From assembly GCA_003551665.1 (NCBI GenBank), contig PUNE01000107.1, positions 4,374-68,373 on the forward strand: a stretch of DNA of 64,000 bases, written 5' to 3'. Source of the stretch: Halobacteroidaceae bacterium. GTDB lineage: Bacteria > Bacillota > Halanaerobiia > B1SED10-174. The notes below the pieces were generated by a model. That model worked only from the letters and a program-made list of their open reading frames with translations. It searched no databases and was not told where the DNA came from. The stretch's first letter is position 1; every line of letters starts with the position of its first letter. Positions 55,992 to 64,000 of the stretch are shown here, piece after piece. The translations under genes and the position numbers were made by a program.

Positions 55992-57188
55992 ATGCGGAAG
56001 AAAAATTTATGGATTTTGTTGAGCAGTCTTGTGGTTGTTATGATCGGTTTTGGGATTGCCATGCCTGTCCTCCCCTTTTTCTTAGAAAGCCTGGGAGGGA
56101 GGGGTGTTCATTACGGTCTCTTAATTGCCAGTTATGGAGTTATGCAGTTCATTTTTGCTCCCCTATGGGGCAGCCTTTCTGACAGGACAGGGAGAAAACC
56201 CCTTTTATTGCTGGGACTTACGGGCATGGGATCTGCTTTGGTTATTTTTGCCCTGGCAACGGATTTGTGGATGCTCTATTGTGCCCAGGTTTTGAATGGG
56301 TTTCTTTCTTCTGCCACCCTTCCTGCAGCCCAGGCTTATGCGGTGGATGTTTCTTCCCCCGAGCAGAGAGGAGGGGTGATGGGTAAGATTGGGGGAGCAA
56401 TAGGGTTGGGTTTGATTCTTGGTCCGGGCCTGGGGGGTCTCCTGGCATCCCAGTCCATTTCCACCCCCTTTTTTATAGCCGCAGGTTTCTGCCTGGCAAC
56501 CTTTTTCCTGGTCCTGTTTGGGCTGGCAGAGTCCCTGCAGGGAAAGGACAGGTGTAAAACCGTAGAGCTTAAGTTTCTGCAGGTAAAAAACCTCTGGGTT
56601 GGTCTTTTTTCACCCATGGGTTTTGGTCTTTCAATGGCTTTTATTGCCATTTTTGGGCAGACCATTTTTTCCGGGGTTTACGGTCTATATGCCCTGCATA
56701 GATTTGGGAGCGGCCCGGAAGAAGTGGGTGCTATTTTGATGGGGATGTCCTTAATGTATGCACTGGCCCAGGGGGTTATTGTTGGTCCCCTTACCCGTAA
56801 GCTCGGGGAGAAGAAAGTGATAATTTTCGGATTGCTGGGGAACGCATTTGGTTTTTTCCTGATCCTTCTGGCCCGAAGCTTTGTCCCCGCCCTTATTTCC
56901 ATGAGCCTTTTCATCCTTTTCAACGCTTTATTGAAACCCTCCGCCCTGGCGGAAGTTTCCCGTAAAGCATTGATAAAACAGGGGCAGGCCATGGGATTGG
57001 CAGAAGCTTCAATGAGCCTGGGGAGAATAATGGGTCCTCTCTGGGCCGGGGCATTATTTGACCTGAATATCTTTTTCCCTTTTATCAGCGGGATAATCCT
57101 TTTCCTTGTTTCTTTTGGTTTGAGCTTTTGGAAAAACAGGAGGGAAGCGGGATTTTTGGGTCCCGTTATTCCTGGAGAAAAGTTATAA
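55992..57188 (+). CDS. MFS transporter, DHA1-like drug:H+ antiporter
   Basis: 12 TM helices and motif A GSLSDRTGRKPLL. Start moved to ATG 55992 (GAGGAGGG SD); the track ORF begins inside the operator. Confidence 0.88.
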   Translation: MRKKNLWILLSSLVVVMIGFGIAMPVLPFFLESLGGRGVHYGLLIASYGVMQFIFAPLWGSLSDRTGRKPLLLLGLTGMGSALVIFALATDLWMLYCAQVLNGFLSSATLPAAQAYAVDVSSPEQRGGVMGKIGGAIGLGLILGPGLGGLLASQSISTPFFIAAGFCLATFFLVLFGLAESLQGKDRCKTVELKFLQVKNLWVGLFSPMGFGLSMAFIAIFGQTIFSGVYGLYALHRFGSGPEEVGAILMGMSLMYALAQGVIVGPLTRKLGEKKVIIFGLLGNAFGFFLILLARSFVPALISMSLFILFNALLKPSALAEVSRKALIKQGQAMGLAEASMSLGRIMGPLWAGALFDLNIFFPFISGIILFLVSFGLSFWKNRREAGFLGPVIPGEKL

Positions 57189-57311
57189 AACAAAAGAACC
57201 ACCGCCCTTTCCTTTCCAAAAAATGAGGATTGAGACGGTGGTTTTCATAGTTTTCGACTGATTTTTTTATCCAAAATTTTAGGATTGTTTTATCCCAGCC
57301 GAGTATTAAAT

Positions 57312-57917
57312 TTACAAACCGAGCTGCTCGTTAATCAAAACAATTTCCATATTAATATCATTCATTTTCTTCAGGTGGATTACCATCCCATTGCAAATCC
57401 GATGGGGACTGGAACAGTCATAACATCGATCGCCCCTCTTTGCACAGGGTGTGTCCAGGCCAAGCCTCATGGCATTTTGAGGGGCTGCAATATTTCTTGC
57501 CCTCCAGATAGCATCTTCAAGGGTGGGAACAAGTTTGTTAATTCCCGAAACAAAATAAACTTTCTCATGACCGAATAGGGAGCCGGCAACACGATTGCCG
57601 GTACCATCAATGTTTACAAGCTCCCCTGTTGCTGAAAGAGCATTAACTGAAGTAAGGTAGATTTCCGTTGCCAGGCATTTTTTTGCAGTGGCAATGAATC
57701 CCATGTCCTCTGAACAATTTTGGGGGTCGTAAACCTCATTGTGGGCAGAAAGCTTTGAAAACAAATCCATGCTTAACAGGGTTGCAGAATCTCCAAATCC
57801 AACGGTTTTGTTATCAATTTTTTTATCTAAATATTCCCCGGCCTCTTCTGCCTTTTCAAAGTAAGAAGCTATATAACCTTTATTTTTTAGCGCCTCCAGG
57901 ATCTTTCCTATATCCAT
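57312..57917 (-). CDS. LUD-domain (LutC/YkgG-like) protein
   Basis: The MDIGKILEALKNKGY.. N-terminus, the ~200 aa length and the GTGNRVAG segment fit DUF162/LUD. Start moved to ATG 57917 (GGGGGG SD). Confidence 0.65.
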   Translation of the reverse strand: MDIGKILEALKNKGYIASYFEKAEEAGEYLDKKIDNKTVGFGDSATLLSMDLFSKLSAHNEVYDPQNCSEDMGFIATAKKCLATEIYLTSVNALSATGELVNIDGTGNRVAGSLFGHEKVYFVSGINKLVPTLEDAIWRARNIAAPQNAMRLGLDTPCAKRGDRCYDCSSPHRICNGMVIHLKKMNDINMEIVLINEQLGL

Positions 57918-58273
57918 TTTTTCCCCCCGGAAATATTTTATTGGGAAAAAATCCCTAAACTCTGAAGCAGGGCAATTTTTTTGAGTTTCATTCGAATTTT
58001 CTCCTTCAGGGAAACTCAAACTTTTGCCGCAACCGATATTTTCAGGGTTTGAAAGCAAAGCAATTATATCTTCTGTTTTTTTATATCCTTTACCTGCCAG
58101 AAAAATCCCAGTAAGATAGTTTCGGTTTCAAATTTTTTTAACCTGCTGAAGAAATATTAATTATAACAATGAGGGTTTAATTATTTTTCCCTTTAACGGC
58201 CTCAGATACCAACTGGAGGTTGCTTATTCTCTTAAGCACTAACCTCAAATAGGTTTAAAAAATTAACCCCTAA

Positions 58274-58288
58274 TGATAATAATTATTA
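58274..58288. promoter_or_regulatory. Fur-family 7-1-7 box (TGATAAT-A-ATTATTA)
   Basis: One mismatch from a perfect 7-1-7 inverted repeat. It matches the Fur/PerR box core (TGATAATnATTATCA / TTATAATnATTATAA) and lies about 100 nt upstream of the Fur-family gene. Confidence 0.5.
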
Positions 58289-58330
58289 TTTTTTGATTGT
58301 AATCCATATCTGCAAGTGGTAGAATAAAAA

Positions 58331-58343
58331 TGTAATCATTACA
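58331..58343. promoter_or_regulatory. Second palindrome, TGTAAT-C-ATTACA, in the perR-katG leader
   Basis: Perfect 6-1-6 inverted repeat, 43 nt before the ORF start. Confidence 0.3.
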
Positions 58344-58385
58344 ATTTTTATTCTCTCTTTTTATTCTGGTAACCTTATATCCTTA

Positions 58386-61042
<2,657 letters not shown>

Positions 61043-61048
61043 TCTTTT

Positions 61049-61071
61049 CCCCAAAAACTTTAGGGGTTTTT
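61049..61071 (+). terminator. Probable terminator after katG
   Basis: CCCCAAA-AAC-TTT(A)GGGG followed by TTTTT. Confidence 0.5.
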
Positions 61072-61382
61072 AGTTAATCGGAAAAGAAAACGAGGATAGT
61101 ATTGCAAAAAAATCTGAGCAAAGGAGCACACCTTTCACTCTGGAGGCTGTTGAGAAAGTTCAGCAGCCTCTTTTTTATTTCCAAATATAATCGGAAAATT
61201 TGGAGAGGTTTTTCGCATTTAGTGTCGATTATAAAAGGAAACCCGGAGCAAAGAAAGTGGCAGATGGCCTCTGGAAAAAAGAAGAGGCCTTTTAATTTTC
61301 GAAATTGACCTGATAATTCCCTGGAAGAAATCATTGTGGTAGAAAGAGAACACCCACAGATTTATTCAAAAGTTTTGTCAGC

Positions 61383-61412
61383 AACCTGCCTGGATTCTGG
61401 GGCAGGTTTTTT
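61383..61412 (+). terminator. Orphan rho-independent terminator with no convincing gene upstream
   Basis: AACCTGCC-loop(10)-GGCAGGTT followed by TTTTTT. Confidence 0.6.
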
Positions 61413-61574
61413 AAAAAAACCTGGAAATAGGAACCTGGAGTTTTTTGGAGAAAATAATAACTGATGGGAAACAGGCCATTTGAGGCCAGGTTGCCTTAGG
61501 TCAATGGGATCACTGTCCTCTAATCTCGAAATACAAATTTGGTTGGGTTTAGTTTTTTAACGGGGAGAGTTTTG

Positions 61575-62322
61575 ATGGAAGTTGCCTTGAAAATAAAGAG
61601 TTTTAAGAAAAAGTATTGGGAATTTACTGCAGTAAAAGGAATTGACCTGGATGTAAAAAAGGGAGAGGTTTTTGGGTTTCTGGGTCCCAACGGTGAGGGA
61701 AAACCACAACCATTAAAAAGTGTGCCGGGCTTCTCCGCCCCAGCGAGGGAAGTATTTCTATATTTGGTCATGATCTTCTCCAGGAGAGTTCAACAGTCAA
61801 GGCCGAACTGGGGTATGTTCCAGATGACCCCTATCTCTATGAAAAACTAACGGGGCGAGAATTCACATTGTTTTCCGCCAGGTTATATGGAGAAAAGGGT
61901 GGGGAAAAATTAAATAAAAGGGTTGAAGAGTACTTTGGCTTTTTGAGATGAAAGAGGAAATGGACAAGTTGATCGGTGGTTATTCCAGGGGAATGAGACA
62001 GAAAACGGCAATAATTGTCGTAATCCTGCACAGGCCTTCTCTCTTGATGGTTGATGAACCCACTGCAAACCTCGCCCCCAAGAGCGCCCGCCTGGTAAAG
62101 GATATTTTTCAGAACAGGAAAAAACAGAACCGGACGGTTTTCATGTCAACCCACGTCATGGAAATTGCGGAAAACCTTTGTGACCGAATTGGAATAATCC
62201 ACAAAGGAGAGCTTCTTGCGGTAGATACGGTTGAAGAAATTATGGAAGCAAAAGGAACTTCCCTTGAAGAAGTTTTCCTCCAATTGACCGGGGGTCAAAA
62301 TAAAAAAACCTGGGTGCATTAA
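61575..62322 (+). pseudogene. ABC transporter ATP-binding protein gene disrupted by two frameshifts
   Basis: Three frames together encode one ATPase. Frame a gives MEVALKIKSF..GFLGPNGEGK. Frame b gives TTTIKK..GYVPDDPYLYEKLTGREF..YFGFL. Frame c gives MKEEMDKLIGGYSRGMRQK..LLMVDEPTANL..STHVM. The shifts fall at the A4 run 61700-61703 and the T5 run 61940-61944. Confidence 0.8.
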
Positions 62323-62455
62323 GGGGGCAAAAATCCCGGGGTAACATCCAGCTTAAACCTCCATGTCAACAAAATAAAAAGAGTTATAAAGCTGTGTTTT
62401 CTACCTGTTGGAAGGGAAAGAATTATAGGCTTTTCAAGCCCTGAAGACAATATTC

Positions 62456-62483
62456 CCGGTTTGAGAAAAACCGGTATTTTTAT
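62456..62483 (+). terminator. Rho-independent terminator after the ABC pseudogene
   Basis: CCGGTTT-GAGAA-AAACCGG followed by TATTTTTAT. Confidence 0.6.
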
Positions 62484-62489
62484 TATAAT
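62461..62489 (+). promoter_or_regulatory. Sigma-70-type promoter of zinc-finger paralogue 1
   Basis: TTGAGA, a 17-nt spacer, then TATAAT. The leader is about 150 nt. Confidence 0.45.
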
Positions 62490-62642
62490 ATTGTCAAAGG
62501 CTTCTGATTTAATCTGGTGCTGAGTTAATCCGGTGGTTTCTGGTGAAAGAAATTGAAAATTGTCCAGGGTCGATTGTTTCTGGGGGGTTAATTGCCCTGG
62601 AGGCCTGGTAAAAAGATTATAAACCACGGGAGGAGGGGGAAC

Positions 62643-62894
62643 ATGCAGGAAAAAAAATGTGGTGGTTGTGGACAGGTTACAACTTCCTGGAAAGAATGGT
62701 TTTTTTGCCGTGACTGTGGGACCGATTATTGTCCCGGATGTTATGCAACTCACCTTGGGGAAGAAGAAGAAGACAGGGAAATGAAGAAAAGCAGGATGGA
62801 AAGGATGGGCCGGGGTGATTTTGAAAAGAAGAAAAAAGCACTCTGTCCCAGGTGCGATTCCTTTCTTAACCAGCATTTTTCACCGGAACTTTAA
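62643..62894 (+). CDS. Small 8-Cys zinc-finger-like protein, paralogue 1 (83 aa)
   Basis: ATG 62643 follows a GGGAGGAGGGGG SD. Sequence MQEKKCGGCG..WFFCRDCGTDYCPGCYATH..CPRCDSFLNQHFSPEL contains four CxxC pairs. Paralogous to 63222-63461. Confidence 0.75.
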   Translation: MQEKKCGGCGQVTTSWKEWFFCRDCGTDYCPGCYATHLGEEEEDREMKKSRMERMGRGDFEKKKKALCPRCDSFLNQHFSPEL

Positions 62895-62913
62895 TACTAA
62901 CTTCTGGTAAGGA

Positions 62914-62940
62914 CCCCGCGGGGAGAAACCGCGGGGTTTT
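62914..62940 (+). terminator. Rho-independent terminator after paralogue 1
   Basis: CCCCGCGG-GGAGAAA-CCGCGGGG followed by TTTT. Confidence 0.8.
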
Positions 62941-63100
62941 AATTGTGGTAATTTCCCGGGTTTTATAGTAGAAACTTTTTGTGGTGTTAATATGAAGCTG
63001 AGATTTTTGCTTATGTCCCCTTTATTCCAGTCTAATGCCAGGGAAAGGGATTTCCCTCTTGTGAGGTTGGATTATATAAATTAAGTAAGTTTATTGAAAT

Positions 63101-63129
63101 TTGCATTAAAAACCACTATCTAATATAAT
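63101..63129 (+). promoter_or_regulatory. Sigma-70-type promoter of zinc-finger paralogue 2
   Basis: TTGCAT, a 17-nt spacer, then TATAAT. The leader is about 90 nt and contains a CAGGGGC/GCCCCTG hairpin. Confidence 0.55.
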
Positions 63130-63221
63130 GTACAGGTAATACAGGGGCGACAGGAAGGAAAGCCCCTGGGAAAACCTTTTTGCTATAACTCCCATGTGAC
63201 TTCAGGAAAGGAGTGAAAAAA

Positions 63222-63461
63222 ATGAAAGAGAAAAAATGTGGAACCTGCAGCAAAACAACCACTTCTCTCAAGGGTTGGTTCTACTGCAAATCCTGTGGAA
63301 CTCACTTCTGCCCGGATTGTGCAGTTGACCACGTTGCCCAGGAAAAAGAAGAAAAACAAATGCAAAAAGCTAGAAGATTAAAAACAGAAAAAGGTGGCCT
63401 GGGAAATAGATGTCCCCAGTGCAATTCTTCCCTTACGCAATTTTATTCTCCAGACCTTTAA
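63222..63461 (+). CDS. Small 8-Cys zinc-finger-like protein, paralogue 2 (79 aa)
   Basis: ATG 63222 follows an AAGGAG SD. Sequence MKEKKCGTCS..WFYCKSCGTHFCPDCAVDH..CPQCNSSLTQFYSPDL has Cys/His positions identical to paralogue 1. Confidence 0.75.
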   Translation: MKEKKCGTCSKTTTSLKGWFYCKSCGTHFCPDCAVDHVAQEKEEKQMQKARRLKTEKGGLGNRCPQCNSSLTQFYSPDL

Positions 63462-63573
63462 AAACCGCCGGGGATTTTCAGGGAATTATCTTGCCCTGGA
63501 CCCGCCTGGCTAAATCAGGGTCACTATATCCATCCAGATGAAGAATTAAGTCAGTATTCGGGCAAAAAGGAAT

Positions 63574-63602
63574 TTGCGTTAATCGCAGCATCCGAATATA
63601 AT
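63574..63602 (+). promoter_or_regulatory. Sigma-70-type promoter of the 80-aa ORF / paralogue 3 unit
   Basis: TTGCGT, a 17-nt spacer, then TATAAT. Confidence 0.55.
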
Positions 63603-63644
63603 GATAATAGGAATTATTTTCATCTCGGGAAGGGGGTATGAAAG

Positions 63645-63887
63645 ATGCTCAGCCTGAGAAAAGAAACCAAAAAAGAACCAAATAAGATAATTGAAATGGC
63701 AAGAGAATATTTTGGCAAGGAAGGAATCGGCCTGGAAGTAAAAGAACTGGGGAAAAACTGCCTCCTTTCTGAGGGAGGCGGGGGTTATGTCCAGGTAACT
63801 GCCTGCAAGGATAACGGTTTAACTCTTGTCGATGTAGAAGCAAGGGAATACGATTATCACGTCAGGAAATTTCTGGACAAGGTATAA
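63645..63887 (+). CDS. Hypothetical 80-aa protein
   Basis: ATG follows a GAAGGGGG SD. No domain recognised. Followed 41 nt later by paralogue 3. Confidence 0.6.
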   Translation: MLSLRKETKKEPNKIIEMAREYFGKEGIGLEVKELGKNCLLSEGGGGYVQVTACKDNGLTLVDVEAREYDYHVRKFLDKV

Positions 63888-63928
63888 GGGCAAAATTTCC
63901 TGACTGGAAAGCCGGAGGGGGAGAAAAA

Positions 63929-64000
63929 ATGGAAGAGAAAAAATGCTCCGCATGTGGGAAAGTAACGGATAACTGGAAGGAATGGTACCACTGCAAGGGA
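63929..64000 (+). CDS. Small zinc-finger-like protein, paralogue 3 (5' fragment, cut by the window end)
   Basis: ATG 63929 follows a GGAGGGGGAG SD. MEEKKCSACGKVTDNWKEWYHCKG.. aligns residue-for-residue with the N-termini of paralogues 1 and 2. Confidence 0.7.
   Translation, partial: MEEKKCSACGKVTDNWKEWYHCKG

Noticed and set aside
58293-58325. A candidate perR-katG promoter, TTGATT ... TGGTAGAAT.
   Set aside because: The spacer between the -35 and -10 elements is 21 nt, too long for a standard sigma-70 promoter. I did not report it as a feature.
62319-62876. A 185-aa minus-strand ORF covering the leader and coding region of zinc-finger paralogue 1.
   Set aside because: It is antisense to a + strand gene that has an SD, promoter, terminator and two paralogues. 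Its translation is low-complexity (poly-F/P/T) with no motif.

Overview
This is a gene-dense 64-kb chromosomal stretch with about 60 protein genes on both strands. It reads like a Gram-positive-type, probably anaerobic, Firmicutes/Clostridia-like bacterium. Supporting signs are GGAGG-type Shine-Dalgarno (SD) sites, lipoboxes, a glycyl-radical enzyme (GRE) with its activase, an MttB-family methyltransferase and a perR-katG pair. GC looks mid-40s % by eye; nothing here was computed. I recognised no rRNA, tRNA, CRISPR array, transposase, integrase or phage gene.

Gene blocks:
- 0-2.2 kb: NapH-like Fe-S membrane protein, a TetR regulator and a DUF4382-like lipoprotein.
- 2.4-9.2 kb: a GntR/HutC-headed sugar locus combining an ascorbate-type PTS (EIIA/B/C), two SIS-domain enzymes, a class II ketose-bisphosphate aldolase and a PfkB kinase.
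- 9.3-14.7 kb: an orphan glycine-betaine-type binding protein, an ABC-2 exporter and a NarL-type two-component system.
- 14.9-16.8 kb: a LuxR-GGDEF pair.
- 17.0-22.3 kb: a tight seven-gene operon (2 CPBP proteases, GNAT, MA-type metallopeptidase, DinB, SAM methyltransferase, ASCH).
- 23.6-25.3 kb: a 5'-nucleotidase split into two separately exported halves.
- 26.5-33.5 kb: MBL-fold protein, AMIN-domain protein, GRE and activase, GNAT, and a DDAH-fold enzyme.
- 33.8-45.7 kb: GLUG-repeat surface lipoprotein, two QueG-like Fe-S proteins, an orphan non-Pyl MttB homologue, a 7TMR-DISM diguanylate cyclase, membrane proteins and a nucleoside phosphorylase.
- 46-51.6 kb: GNAT, a DAACS symporter, a large HD-domain protein and an SplB-like radical SAM protein.
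- 51.7-57.2 kb: a TetR regulon marked by three copies of a 17-bp palindrome (RPH-like phosphotransferase, alpha/beta hydrolase, MFS pump).
- 57.3-61 kb: LUD-domain protein and perR-katG.
- 61.6-64 kb: a frameshifted ABC ATPase pseudogene, then a tandem family of small 8-Cys zinc-finger-like proteins that runs off the window edge.

I found no canonical defence or mobile system. The best candidates for something new are the small zinc-finger paralogue array, the palindrome-defined TetR/phosphotransferase/efflux regulon, and the context-less GRE. All are offered with moderate confidence. All functional calls rest on motif recognition by eye, not on database searches.
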